Shown here in pieces: positions 1 through 15,000 of a DNA stretch of 64,000 nucleotides. The notes beneath the pieces were generated by a model. The model searched no databases, was not told where the DNA came from, and saw only the letters and a list, made by a program, of their open reading frames with translations. This stretch comes from Mobula hypostoma (lineage: Eukaryota). The first letter of the stretch is position 1; each line of letters begins with the position of its first letter. Made by a program: the position numbers and the translations under genes. The stretch lies in the NCBI RefSeq assembly GCF_963921235.1, contig NC_086097.1:104596001-104660000 (forward strand), read 5' to 3'.

Positions 1-3000
1 GCAGTGTAAGACAAAAAAGTTGTTTTCTCAGTGCATGCAATGCTTTGACAGTGCAAGTAGTATACATTTCAATTTTACACCAAAGTACTTACTGCAAAAC
101 AAATGGAAACACCTTAGGTTAACTTCCCACATGATTCTGAGATGTCTGAAAGTGGTTTCATGCCACTGCAGTGTAAGACAAAAAAGTTGATTTCTCAGTG
201 CATACAAACCTTTGACAATACAAGTGGTATACATTTCAATTTTACACCAAAGTACTTACAGCAAACCAAATGGAAACACCTTAGGTTAACTTCCCACATG
301 ATTCTGAGATGTCTGAAAGTGGATTCATGCCACTGCAGTGTAAGACAAAAAAGTTGTTTTCTCAGTGCATACAAAGCTTTGACAATACAAGTAGTATACA
401 TTTCAATTTTACACCAAAGTACTTACTGCAAACCTAATGGAAACACCTTAGGTTAACTTCCCACATGATTCTGAGATGTCTGAAAGTGGTTTCATGCCAC
501 TGCAGTGTAAGACAAAAAAGTTGATTTCTCAGTGCATACAAACCTTTGACAATACAAGTAGTATACATTTCAATTTTACACCAAAGTACTTACAGCAAAC
601 CAAATGGAAACACCTTAGGTGAACTTCCCACATGATTCTGAGATGTCTGAAAGTGGTTTCATGCCACTGCAGTGTAAGACAAAAAAGTTGTTTTCTCAGT
701 GCATACAATGCTTTGACAATACAAGTAGTATACATTTCAATTTTACACCAAAGTACTTACAGCAAACCAAATGGAAACACCTTAGGTTAACTTCCCACAT
801 GATTCTGAGATGTCTGAAAGTGGTTTCATGCAACTGCAGTGTAAGACAAAAAAGTTGATTTCTCAGTGCATACAAAGCTTTGTCAATACAAGTAGTATAC
901 ATTTCAATTTTACACCAAAGTACTTACAGCAAACCAAATGGAAACACCTTAGGTTAACTTCCCACATGATTCTGAGATGTCTGAAAGTGGTTTCATGCCA
1001 CTGCAGTGTAAGACAAAAAAGTTGTTTTCTCAGTGCATACAAAGCTTTGTCAATACAAGTAGTATACATTTCAATTTTACACCAAAGTACTTACAGCAAA
1101 CCAAATGGAAACACCTTAGGTGAACTTCCCACATGATTCTGAGATGTCTGAAAGTGGTTTCATGCAACTGCAGTGTAAGACAAAAAAGTTGATTTCTCAG
1201 TGCATACAAACCTTTGACAATACAAGTAGTATACATTTCAATTTTACACCAAAGTACTTACAGCAAACCAAATGGAAACACCTTAGGTTAACTTCCCACA
1301 TGATTCTGAGATGTCTGAAAGTGGTTTCATGCCACTGCAGTGTAAGACAAAAAAGTTGTTTTCTCAGTGCATGCAATGCTTTGACAGTACAAGTAGTATA
1401 CATTTCAATTTTACACCAAAGTACTTACAGCAAACCAAATGGAAACACCTTAGGTTAACTTCCCACATGATTCTGAGATGTCTGAAAGTGGTTTCATGCA
1501 ACTGCAGTGTAAGACAAAAAAGTTGATTTCTCAGTGCATACAAACCTTTGACAATACAAGTGGTATACATTTCAATTTTACACCAAAGTACTTACAGCAA
1601 ACCAAATGGAAACACCTTAGGTTAACTTCCCACATGATTCTGAGATGTCTGAAAGTGGTTTCATGCCACTGCAGTGTAAGACAAAAAAGTTGATTTCTCA
1701 GTGCATACAAACCTTTGACAATACAAGTGGTATACATTTCAATTTTACACCAAAGTACTTACAGCAAACCAAATGGAAACACCTTAGGTTAACTTCCCAC
1801 ATGATTCTGAGATGTCTGAAAGTGGTTTCATGCCACTGCAGTGTAAGACAAAAAAGTTGTTTTCTCAGTGCATACAAACCTTTGACAATACAAGTAGTAT
1901 ACATTTCAATTTTACACCAAAGTACTTACTGCAAACCAAATGGAAACACCTTAGGTTAACTTCCCACATGATTCTGAGATGTCTGAAAGTGGTTTCATGC
2001 CACTGCAGTGTAAGACAAAAAAGTTGTTTTCTCTGTGCATACAAACCTTTGACAATACAAGTAGTATACATTTCAATTTTACACCAAAGTACTTACAGCA
2101 AACCAAATGGAAACACCTTAGGTTAACTTCCCACATGATTCTGAGATGTCTGAAAGTGGTTTCATGCCACTGCAGTGTAAGACAAAAAAGTTGTTTTCTC
2201 AGTGCATAAAAACCTTTGACAGTACAAGTAGTATGCATTTCAATTTTACACCAAAGTACTTACAGCAAACCAAATGGAAACACCTTAGGTTAACTTCCCA
2301 CATGATTCTGAGATGTCTGAAAGTGGTTTCATGCAACTGCAGTGTAAGACAAAAAAGTTGATTTCTCAGTGCATAAAAACCTTTGACAATACAAGTAGTA
2401 TACATTTCAATTTTACACCAAAGTACTTACAGCAAACCAAATGGAAACACCTTAGGTTAACTTCCCACATGATTCTGAGATGTCTGAAAGTGGTTTCATG
2501 CAACTGCAGTGTAAGACAAAAAAGTTGATTTCTCAGTGCATACAAACCTTTGACAATACAAGTAGTATACATTTCAATTTTACACCAAAGTACTTACAGC
2601 AAACCAAATGGAAACACCTTAGGTTAACTTCCCACATGATTCTGAGATGTCTGAAAGTGGTTTCATGCCACTGCAGTGTAAGACAAAAAAGTTGTTTTCT
2701 CAGTGCATGCAATGCTTTGACAGTACAAGTAGTATACATTTCAATTTTACACCAAAGTACTTACTGCAAACCTAATGGAAACACCTTAGGTTAACTTCCC
2801 ACATGATTCTGAGATGTCTGAAAGTGGTTTCATGCCACTGCAGTGTAAGACAAAAAAGTTGTTTTCTCAGTGCATGCAAACCTTTGACAATACAAGTAGT
2901 ATACATTTCAATTTTACACCAAAGTACTTACAGCAAACCAAATGGAAACACCTTAGGTTAACTTCCCACATGATTCTGAGATGTCTGAAAGTGGTTTCAT

Positions 3001-6000
3001 GCCACTGCAGTGTAAGACAAAAAAGTTGATTTCTCAGTGCATACAAACCTTTGACAATACAAGTGGTATACATTTCAATTTTACACCAAAGTACTTACTG
3101 CAAACCAAATGGAAACACCTTAGGTTAACTTCCCACATGATTCTGAGATGTCTGAAAGTGGTTTCATGCAACTGCAGTGTAAGACAAAAAAGTTGATTTC
3201 TCAGTGCATACAAACCTTTGACAATACAAGTAGTATACATTTCAATTTTACACCAAAGTACTTACTGCAAACCAAATGGAAACACCTTAGGTTAACTTCC
3301 CACATGATTCTGAGATGTCTGAAAGTGGTTTCATGCCACTGCAGTGTAAGACAAAAAAGTTGTTTTCTCAGTGCATACAAACCTTTGACAATACAAGTAG
3401 TATACATTTCAATTTTACACCAAAGTACTTACAGCAAACCAAATGGAAACACCTTAGGTTAACTTCCCACATGATTCTGAGATGTCTGAAAGTGGTTTCA
3501 TGCCACTGCAGTGTAAGACAAAAAGGCTGTTTTCTCAGTGCATACAATGCTTTGACAATGCAAGTAGTATACATTTCAATTTTACACCAAAGTACTTACA
3601 GCAAACCAAATGGAAACACCTTAGGTTAACTTCCCACATGATTCTGAGATGTCTGAAAGTGGTTTCATGCCACTGCAGTGTAAGACAAAAAAGTTGATTT
3701 CTCAGTGCATACAAACCTTTGACAATACAAGTAGTATACATTTCAATTTTACACCAAAGTACTTACTGCAAACCTAATGGAAACACCTTAGGTTAACTTC
3801 CCACATGATTCTGAGATGTCTGAAAGTGGTTTATGCAACTGCAGTGTAAGACAAAAAAGTTGATTTCTCAGTGCATACAAACCTTTGACACTACAAGTAG
3901 TATACATTTCAATTTTACACCAAAGTACTTACAGCAAACCAAATGGAAACACCTTAGGTTAACTTCCCACATGATTCTGAGATGTCTGAAAGTGGTTTCA
4001 TGCCACTGCAGTGTAAGACAAAAAAGTTGATTTCTCAGTGCATACAAACCTTTGACAATGCAAGTAGTATACATTTCAATTTTACACCAAAGTACTTACA
4101 GCAAACCAAATGGAAACACCTTAGGTTAACTTCCCACATGATTCTGAGATGTCTGAAAGTGGTTTCATGCCACTGCAGTGTAAGACAAAAAAGTTGTTTT
4201 CTCAGTGCATGCAATGCTTTGACAGTACAAGTAGTATACATTTCAATTTTACACCAAAGTACTTACTGCAAACCAAATGGAAACACCTTAGGTTAACTTC
4301 CCACATGATTCTGAGATGTCTGAAAGTGGTTTCATGCCACTGCAGTGTAAGACAAAAAAGTTGTTTTCTCAGTGCATACAAACCTTTGACAATACAAGTA
4401 GTATACATTTCAATTTTACACCAAAGTACTTACAGCAAACCAAATGGAAACACCTTAGGTTAACTTCCCACATGATTCTGAGATGTCTGAAAGTGGTTTC
4501 ATGCCACTGCAGTGTAAGACAAAAAAGTTGTTTTCTCAGTGCATGCAATGCTTTGACAGTACAAGTAGTATACATTTCAATTTTACACCAAAGTACTTAC
4601 TGCAAACCTAATGGAAACACCTTAGGTTAACTTCCCACATGATTCTGAGATGTCTGAAAGTGGTTTCATGCAACTGCAGTGTAAGACAAAAAAGTTGATT
4701 TCTCAGTGCATACAAACCTTTGACAATACAAGTAGTATACATTTCAATTTTACACCAAAGTACTTACTGCAAACCAAATGGAAACACCTTAGGTTAACTT
4801 CCCACATGATTCTGAGATGTCTGAAAGTGGTTTCATGCCACTGCAGTGTAAGACAAAAAAGTTGTTTTCTCAGTGCATACAAACCTTTGACAATACAAGT
4901 AGTATACATTTCAATTTTACACCAAAGTACTTACAGCAAACCAAATGGAAACACCTTAGGTTAACTTCCCACATGATTCTGAGATGTCTGAAAGTGGTTT
5001 CATGCCACTGCAGTGTAAGACAAAAAAGTTGTTTTCTCAGTGCATGCAATGCTTTGACAATACAAGTAGTATACATTTCAATTTTACACCAAAGTACTTA
5101 CAGCAAACCAAATGGAAACACCTTAGGTTAACTTCCCACATGATTCTGAGATGTCTGAAAGTGGTTTCATGCCACTGCAGTGTAAGACAAAAAAGTTGAT
5201 TTCTCAGTGCATACAAACCTTTGACAATACAAGTAGTATACATTTCAATTTTACACCAAAGTACTTACAGCAAACCAAATGGAAACACCTTAGGTTAACT
5301 TCCCACATGATTCTGAGATGTCTGAAAGTGGTTTCATGCCACTGCAGTGTAAGACAAAAAAGTTGTTTTCTCAGTGCATACAAACCTTTGACAATACAAG
5401 TAGTATACATTTCAATTTTACACCAAAGTACTTACTGCAAACCAAATGGAAACACCTTAGGTTAACTTCCCACATGATTCTGAGATGTCTGAAAGTGGTT
5501 TCATGCAACTGCAGTGTAAGACAAAAAAGTTGATTTCTCAGTGCATAAAAACCTTTGACAATACAAGTAGTATACATTTCAATTTTACACCAAAGTACTC
5601 ACTGCACACCAATGGAAACACCTTAGGTTAACTTCCCACATGATTCTGAGATGTCTGAAAGTGGTTTCATGCCACTGCAGTGTAAGACAAAAAAGTTGAT
5701 TTCTCAGTGCATACAAACCTTTGACAATACAAGTAGTATACATTTCAATTTTACACCAAAGTACTTACAGCAAACCAAATGGAAACACCTTAGGTTAACT
5801 TCCCACATGATTCTGAGATGTCTGAAAGTGGATTCATGCCACTGCAGTGTAAGACAAAAAAGTTGTTTTCTCAGTGCATACAAAGCTTTGTCAATACAAG
5901 TAGTATACATTTCAATTTTACACCAAAGTACTTACAGCAAACCAAATGGAAACACCTTAGGTTAACTTCCCACATGATTCTGAGATGTCTGAAAGTGGTT

Positions 6001-9000
6001 TCATGCAACTGCAGTGTAAGACAAAAAAGTTGATTTCTCAGTGCATACAAACCTTTGACAATACAAGTAGTATACATTTCAATTTTACACCAAAGTACTT
6101 ACAGCAAACCAAATGGAAACACCTTAGGTTAACTTCCCACATGATTCTGAGATGTCTGAAAGTGGTTTCATGCAACTGCAGTGTAAGACAAAAAAGTTGA
6201 TTTCTCAGTGCATACAAACCTTTGACAATACAAGTAGTATACATTTCAATTTTACACCAAAGTACTTACAGCAAACCAAATGGAAACACCTTAGGTTAAC
6301 TTCCCACATGATTCTGAGATGTCTGAAAGTGGTTTCATGCCACTGCAGTGTAAGACAAAAAAGTTGTTTTCTCAGTGCATGCAATGCTTTGACAGTACAA
6401 GTAGTATACATTTCAATTTTACACCAAAGTACTCACTGCACACTAATGGAAACACCTTAGGTTAACTTCCCACATGATTCTGAGATGTCTGAAAGTGGTT
6501 TCATGCAACTGCAGTGTAAGACAAAAAAGTTGTTTTCTCAGTGCATGCAAACCTTTGACAATACAAGTAGTATACATTTCAATTTTACACCAAAGTACTT
6601 ACAGCAAACCAAATGGAAACACCTTAGGTTAACTTCCCACATGATTCTGAGATGTCTGAAAGTGGTTTCATGCCACTGCAGTGTCAGACAAAAAAGCTGA
6701 TTTCTCAGTGCATACAAACCTTTGACAATACAAGTGGTATACATTTCAATTTTACACCAAAGTACTTACAGCAAACCAAATGGAAACACCTTAGGTTAAC
6801 TTCCCACATGATTCTGAGATGTCTGAAAGTGGTTTCATGCAACTGCAGTGTAAGACAAAAAAGTTGATTTCTCAGTGCATACAAACCTTTGACAATACAA
6901 GTAGTATACATTTCAATTTTACACCAAAGTACTTACTGCAAACCAATGGAAACACCTTAGGTTAACTTCCCACATGATTCTGAGATGTCTGAAAGTGGTT
7001 TCATGCAACTGCAGTGTAAGACAAAAAAGTTGATTTCTCAGTGCATAAAAACCTTTGACAATACAAGTAGTATACATTTCAATTTTACACCAAAGTACTT
7101 ACAGCAAACCAAATGGAAACACCTTAGGTGAACTTCCCACATGATTCTGAGATGTCTGAAAGTGGTTTCATGCCACTGCAGTGTAAGACAAAAAAGTTGT
7201 TTTCTCAGTGCATGCAATGCTTTGACAATACAAGTAGTATGCATTTCAATTTTACACCAAAGTACTTACAGCAAACCAAATGGAAACACCTTAGGTTAAC
7301 TTCCCACATGATTCTGAGATGTCTGAAAGTGGTTTCATGCAACTGCAGTGTAAGACAAAAAAGTTGATTTCTCAGTGCATACAAACCTTTGACAATACAA
7401 GTAGTATACATTTCAATTTTACACCAAAGTACTTACTGCAAACCAAATGGAAACACCTTAGGTTAACTTCCCACATGATTCTGAGATGTCTGAAAGTGGT
7501 TTCATGCCACTGCAGTGTAAGACAAAAAAGTTGATTTCTCAGTGCATACAAACCTTTGACAATACAAGTAGTATACATTTCAATTTTACACCAAAGTACT
7601 TACAGCAAACCAAATGGAAACACCTTAGGTTAACTTCCCACATGATTCTGAGATGTCTGAAAGTGGTTTCATGCAACTGCAGTGTAAGACAAAAAAGTTG
7701 ATTTCTCAGTGCATAAAAACCTTTGTCAATACAAGTAGTATACATTTCAATTTTACACCAAAGTACTTACAGCAAACCAAATGGAAACACCTTAGGTGAA
7801 CTTCCCACATGATTCTGAGATGTCTGAAAGTGGTTTCATGCAACTGCAGTGTAAGACAAAAAAGTTGTTTTCTCAGTGCATGCAATGCTTTGACAGTACA
7901 AGTAGTATGCATTTCAATTTTACACCAAAGTACTTACTGCAAACCAAATGGAAACACCTTAGGTTAACTTCCCACATGATTCTGAGATGTCTGAAAGTGG
8001 TTTCATGCCACTGCAGTGTAAGACAAAAAAGTTGTTTTCTCAGTGCATACAAAGCTTTGTCAATACAAGTAGTATACATTTCAATTTTACACCAAAGTAC
8101 TTACAGCAAACCAAATGGAAACACCTTAGGTTAACTTCCCACATGATTCTGAGATGTCTGAAAGTGGTTTCATGCAACTGCAGTGTAAGACAAAAAAGTT
8201 GATTTCTCAGTGCATACAAACCTTTGACAATACAAGTAGTATACATTTCAATTTTACACCAAAGTACTCACTGCACACTAATGGAAACACCTTAGGTTAA
8301 CTTCCCACATGATTCTGAGATGTCTGAAAGTGGTTTCATGCAACTGCAGTGTAAGACAAAAAAGTTGATTTCTCAGTGCATACAAACCTTTGACAATACA
8401 AGTAGTATACATTTCAATTTTACACCAAAGTACTTACTGCAACACAAATGGAAACACCTTAGGTTAACTTCCCACATGATTCTGAGATGTCTGAAAGTGG
8501 TTTCATGCCACTGCAGTGTAAGACAAAAAAGTTGTTTTCTCAGTGCATACAAAGCTTTGTCAATACAAGTAGTATACATTTCAATTTTACACCAAAGTAC
8601 TTACAGCAAACCAAATGGAAACACCTTAGGTGAACTTCCCACATGATTCTGAGATGTCTGAAAGTGGTTTCATGCAACTGCAGTGTAAGACAAAAAAGTT
8701 GATTTCTCAGTGCATACAAACCTTTGACAATACAAGTAGTATACATTTCAATTTTACACCAAAGTACTTACAGCAAACCAAATGGAAACACCTTAGGTTA
8801 ACTTCCCACATGATTCTGAGATGTCTGAAAGTGGTTTCATGCAACTGCAGTGTAAGACAAAAAAGTTGATTTCTCAGTGCATACAAACCTTTGACAATAC
8901 AAGTAGTATGCATTTCAATTTTACACCAAAGTACTTACAGCAAACCAAATGGAAACACCTTAGGTTAACTTCCCACATGATTCTGAGATGTCTGAAAGTG

Positions 9001-12000
9001 GTTTCATGCCACTGCAGTGTAAGACAAAAAAGTTGTTTTCTCAGTGCATGCAATGCTTTGACAATACAAGTAGTATACATTTCAATTTTACACCAAAGAA
9101 CTTACTGCAAACCAAATGGAAACAGCTTAGGCTAACTTCCCACATGATTCTGAGATGTCTGAAAGTGGTTTCATGCCACTGCAGTGTAAGACAAAAAAGT
9201 TGTTTTCTCAGTGCATACAAAGCTTTGTCAATACAAGTAGTATACATTTCAATTTTACACCAAAGTACTTACAGCAAACCAAATGGAAACACCTTAGGTG
9301 AACTTCCCACATGATTCTGAGATGTCTGAAAGTGGTTTCATGCCACTGCAGTGTAAGACAAAAAAGTTGATTTCTCAGTGCATACAATGCTTTGACAATA
9401 CAAGTAGTATACATTTCAATTTTACACCAAAGTACTTACTGCAAACCTAATGGAAACACCTTAGGTTAACTTCCCACATGATTCTGAGATGTCTGAAAGT
9501 GGTTTCATGCCACTGCAGTGTAAGACAAAAAAGTTGATTTCTCAGTGCATACAAACCTTTGACAATACAAGTAGTATACATTTCAATTTTACACCAAAGT
9601 ACTTACAGCAAACCAAATGGAAACACCTTAGGTTAACTTCCCACATGATTCTGAGATGTCTGAAAGTGGTTTCATGCCACTGCAGTGTAAGACAAAAAAG
9701 TTGTTTTCTCAGTGCATGCAATGCTTTGACAATACAAGTAGTATACATTTCAATTTTACACCAAAGTACTTACTGCAAACCAAATGGAAACACCTTAGGT
9801 TAACTTCCCACATGATTCTGAGATGTCTGAAAGTGGTTTCATGCCACTGCAGTGTAAGACAAAAAAGTTGTTTTCTCAGTGCATACAAACCTTTGACAAT
9901 ACAAGTAGTATACATTTCAATTTTACACCAAAGTACTTACAGCAAACCAAATGGAAACACCTTAGGTTAACTTCCCACATGATTCTGAGATGTCTGAAAG
10001 TGGTTTCATGCCACTGCAGTGTAAGACAAAAAAGTTGTTTTCTCAGTGCATACAAACCTTTGACAATACAAGTAGTATACATTTCAATTTTACACCAAAG
10101 TACTTACAGCAAACCAAATGGAAACACCTTAGGTTAACTTCCCACATGATTCTGAGATGTCTGAAAGTGGTTTCATGCCACTGCAGTGTAAGACAAAAAA
10201 GTTGATTTCTCAGTGCATACAAACCTTTGACAATACAAGTAGTATACATTTCAATTTTACACCAAAGTACTTACAGCAAACCAAATGGAAACACCTTAGG
10301 TTAACTTCCCACATGATTCTGAGATGTCTGAAAGTGGTTTCATGCCACTGCAGTGTAAGACAAAAAAGTTGTTTTCTCAGTGCATGCAATGCTTTGACAG
10401 TACAAGTAGTATACATTTCAATTTTACACCAAAGTACTTACTGCAAACCAAATGGAAACACCTTAGGTTAACTTCCCACATGATTCTGAGATGTCTGAAA
10501 GTGGTTTCATGCCACTGCAGTGTCAGACAAAAAAGCTGATTTCTCAGTGCATACAAACCTTTGACAATACAAGTGGTATACATTTCAATTTTACACCAAA
10601 GTACTTACAGCAAACCAAATGGAAACACCTTAGGTTAACTTCCCACATGATTCTGAGATGTCTGAAAGTGGTTTCATGCAACTGCAGTGTAAGACAAAAA
10701 AGTTGATTTCTCAGTGCATACAAACCTTTGACAATACAAGTAGTATACATTTCAATTTTACACCAAAGTACTTACAGCAAACCAAATGGAAACACCTTAG
10801 GTTAACTTCCCACATGATTCTGAGATGTCTGAAAGTGGTTTCATGCCACTGCAGTGTAAGACAAAAAAGTTGTTTTCTCAGTGCATGCAATGCTTTGACA
10901 GTACAAGTAGTATACATTTCAATTTTACACCAAAGTACTTACTGCAAACTAATGGAAACACCTTAGGTTAACTTCCCACATGATTCTGAGATGTCTGAAA
11001 GTGGTTTCATGCCACTGCAGTGTAAGACAAAAAAGTTGTTTTCTCAGTGCATACAAAGCTTTGTCAATACAAGTAGTATACATTTCAATTTTACACCAAA
11101 GTACTTACAGCAAACCAAATGGAAACACCTTAGGTTAACTTCCCACATGATTCTGAGATGTCTGAAAGTGGTTTCATGCCACTGCAGTGTCAGACAAAAA
11201 AGCTGATTTCTCAGTGCATACAAACCTTTGACAATACTAGTGGTATACATTTCAATTTTACACCAAAGTACTTACAGCAAACCAAATGGAAACACCTTAG
11301 GTTAACTTCCCACATGATTCTGAGATGTCTGAAAGTGGTTTCATGCAACTGCAGTGTAAGACAAAAAAGTTGATTTCTCAGTGCATACAAACCTTTGACA
11401 ATACAAGTAGTATACATTTCAATTTTACACCAAAGTACTTACAGCAAACCAAATGGAAACACCTTAGGTTAACTTCCCACATGATTCTGAGATGTCTGAA
11501 AGTGGTTTCATGCAACTGCAGTGTAAGACAAAAAAGTTGATTTCTCAGTGCATACAAACCTTTGACAATACAAGTAGTATACATTTCAATTTTACACCAA
11601 AGTACTTACAGCAAACCAAATGGAAACACCTTAGGTTAACTTCCCACATGATTCTGAGATGTCTGAAAGTGGTTTCATGCCACTGCAGTGTAAGACAAAA
11701 AAGTTGTTTTCTCAGTGCATGCAATGCTTTGACAGTACAAGTAGTATGCATTTCAATTTTACACCAAAGTACTTACAGCAAACCAAATGGAAACACCTTA
11801 GGTTAACTTCCCACATGATTCTGAGATGTCTGAAAGTGGTTTCATGCCACTGCAGTGTAAGACAAAAAAGTTGTTTTCTCAGTGCATACAAACCTTTGAC
11901 AATACAAGTAGTATACATTTCAATTTTACACCAAAGTACTTACAGCAAACCTAATGGAAACACCTTAGGTTAACTTCCCACATGATTCTGAGATGTCTGA

Positions 12001-15000
12001 AAGTGGTTTCATGCCACTGCAGTGTAAGACAAAAAAGTTGATTTCTCAGTGCATACAAACCTTTGACAATACAAGTAGTATACATTTCAATTTTACACCA
12101 AAGTACTTACAGCAAACCAAATGGAAACACCTTAGGTTAACTTCCCACATGATTCTGAGATGTCTGAAAGTGGTTTCATGCAACTGCAGTGTAAGACAAA
12201 AAAGTTGATTTCTCAGTGCATACAAACCTTTGACAATACAAGTAGTATACATTTCAATTTTACACCAAAGTACTCACTGCACACTAATGGAAACACCTTA
12301 GGTTAACTTCCCACATGATTCTGAGATGTCTGAAAGTGGTTTCATGCCACTGCAGTGTAAGACAAAAAAGTTGTTTTCTCAGTGCATACAAAGCTTTGTC
12401 AATACAAGTAGTATACATTTCAATTTTACACCAAAGTACTTACAGCAAACCAAATGGAAACACCTTAGGTTAACTTCCCACATGATTCTGAGATGTCTGA
12501 AAGTGGTTTCATGCAACTGCAGTGTAAGACAAAAAAGTTGATTTCTCAGTGCATACAAACCTTTGACAATACAAGTAGTATACATTTCAATTTTACACCA
12601 AAGTACTTACAGCAAACCAAATGGAAACACCTTAGGTTAACTTCCCACATGATTCTGAGATGTCTGAAAGTGGTTTCATGCCACTGCAGTGTAAGACAAA
12701 AAAGTTGTTTTCTCAGTGCATACAAAGCTTTGTCAATACAAGTAGTATACATTTCAATTTTACACCAAAGTACTTACAGCAAACCAAATGGAAACACCTT
12801 AGGTTAACTTCCCACATGATTCTGAGATGTCTGAAAGTGGTTTCATGCAACTGCAGTGTAAGACAAAAAAGTTGATTTCTCAGTGCATACAGTGCTTTGA
12901 CTATACAAGTAGTATACATTTTAATTTTACACCAAAGTACTTACTGCAAACTAATGGAAACACCTTAGGTTAACTTCCCACATGATTCTGAGATGTCTGA
13001 AAGTGGTTTCATGCAACTGCAGTGTAAGACAAAAAAGTTGATTTCTCAGTGCATACAAACCTTTGACAATACAAGTAGTATACATTTCAATTTTACACCA
13101 AAGTACTCACTGCACACTAATGGAAACACCTTAGGTTAACTTCCCACATGATTCTGAGATGTCTGAAAGTGGTTTCATGCCACTGCAGTGTAAGACAAAA
13201 AAGTTGTTTTCTCAGTGCATACAAAGCTTTGTCAATACAAGTAGTATACATTTCAATTTTACACCAAAGTACTTACAGCAAACCAAATGGAAACACCTTA
13301 GGTTAACTTCCCACATGATTCTGAGATGTCTGAAAGTGGTTTCATGCCACTGCAGTGTAAGACAAAAAAGTTGTTTTCTCAGTGCATGCAATGCTTTGAC
13401 AATACAAGTAGTATACATTTCAATTTTACACCAAAGTACTTACAGCAAACCAAATGGAAACACCTTAGGTTAACTTCCCACATGATTCTGAGATGTCTGA
13501 AAGTGGTTTCATGCAACTGCAGTGTAAGACAAAAAAGTTGATTTCTCAGTGCATAAAAACCTTTGACAATACAAGTAGTATACATTTCAATTTTACACCA
13601 AAGTACTTACAGCAAACCAAATGGAAACACCTTAGGTTAACTTCCCACATGATTCTGAGATGTCTGAAAGTGGTTTCATGCCACTGCAGTGTAAGACAAA
13701 AAAGTTGATTTCTCAGTGCATACAAACCTTTGACAATACAAGTAGTATACATTTCAATTTTACACCAAAGTACTTACTGCAAACCAAATGGAAACACCTT
13801 AGGTTAACTTCCCACATGATTCTGAGATGTCTGAAAGTGGTTTCATGCCACTGCAGTGTAAGACAAAAAAGTTGTTTTCTCAGTGCATGCAATGCTTTGA
13901 CAGTACAAGTAGTATACATTTCAATTTTACACCAAAGTACTTACTGCAAACCAAATGGAAACACCTTAGGTTAACTTCCCACATGATTCTGAGATGTCTG
14001 AAAGTGGTTTCATGCCACTGCAGTGTAAGACAAAAAAGTTGTTTTCTCAGTGCATACAAAGCTTTGTCAATACAAGTAGTATACATTTCAATTTTACACC
14101 AAAGTACTTACAGCAAACCAAATGGAAACACCTTAGGTTAACTTCCCACATGATTCTGAGATGTCTGAAAGTGGTTTCATGCCACTGCAGTGTAAGACAA
14201 AAAAGTTGTTTTCTCAGTGCATACAAACCTTTGACAATACAAGTAGTATACATTTCAATTTTACACCAAAGTACTTACAGCAAACCAAATGGAAACACCT
14301 TAGGTTAACTTCCCACATGATTCTGAGATGTCTGAAAGTGGTTTCATGCCACTGCAGTGTAAGACAAAAAAGTTGATTTCTCAGTGCATACAATGCTTTG
14401 ACAATACAAGTAGTATACATTTCAATTTTACACCAAAGTACTTACTGCAAACCTAATGGAAACACCTTAGGTTAACTTCCCACATGATTCTGAGATGTCT
14501 GAAAGTGGTTTCATGCCACTGCAGTGTAAGACAAAAAAGTTGATGTCTCAGTGCATACAAACCTTTGACAATACAAGTAGTATACATTTCAATTTTACAC
14601 CAAAGTACTTACAGCAAACCAAATGGAAACACCTTAGGTTAACTTCCCACATGATTCTGAGATGTCTGAAAGTGGTTTCATGCCACTGCAGTGTAAGACA
14701 AAAAAGTTGTTTTCTCAGTGCATGCAATGCTTTGACAATACAAGTGGTATACATTTCAATTTTACACCAAAGTACTTACTGCAAACCAAATGGAAACACC
14801 TTAGGTTAACTTCCCACATGATTCTGAGATGTCTGAAAGTGGTTTCATGCCACTGCAGTGTAAGACAAAAAAGTTGATTTCTCAGTGCATACAAACCTTT
14901 GACAATACAAGTAGTATACATTTCAATTTTACACCAAAGTACTTACAGCAAACCAAATGGAAACACCTTAGGTGAACTTCCCACATGATTCTGAGATGTC

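Noticed and set aside
113..120. Telomere-like TTAGG in each monomer
   Set aside because: Single non-tandem pentamer, not TTAGGG, and absent from old monomers.
120..180. Monomer as a dimer of 84-bp zinc-finger units (2x84=168; shared CTTCCCACA, GTCTGAA, CAGTGT)
   Set aside because: No 84-bp sub-period in the monomer (linker-like motifs are 99/68 bp apart). These matches are weaker in the old monomers, and translations lack a C2H2 pattern.
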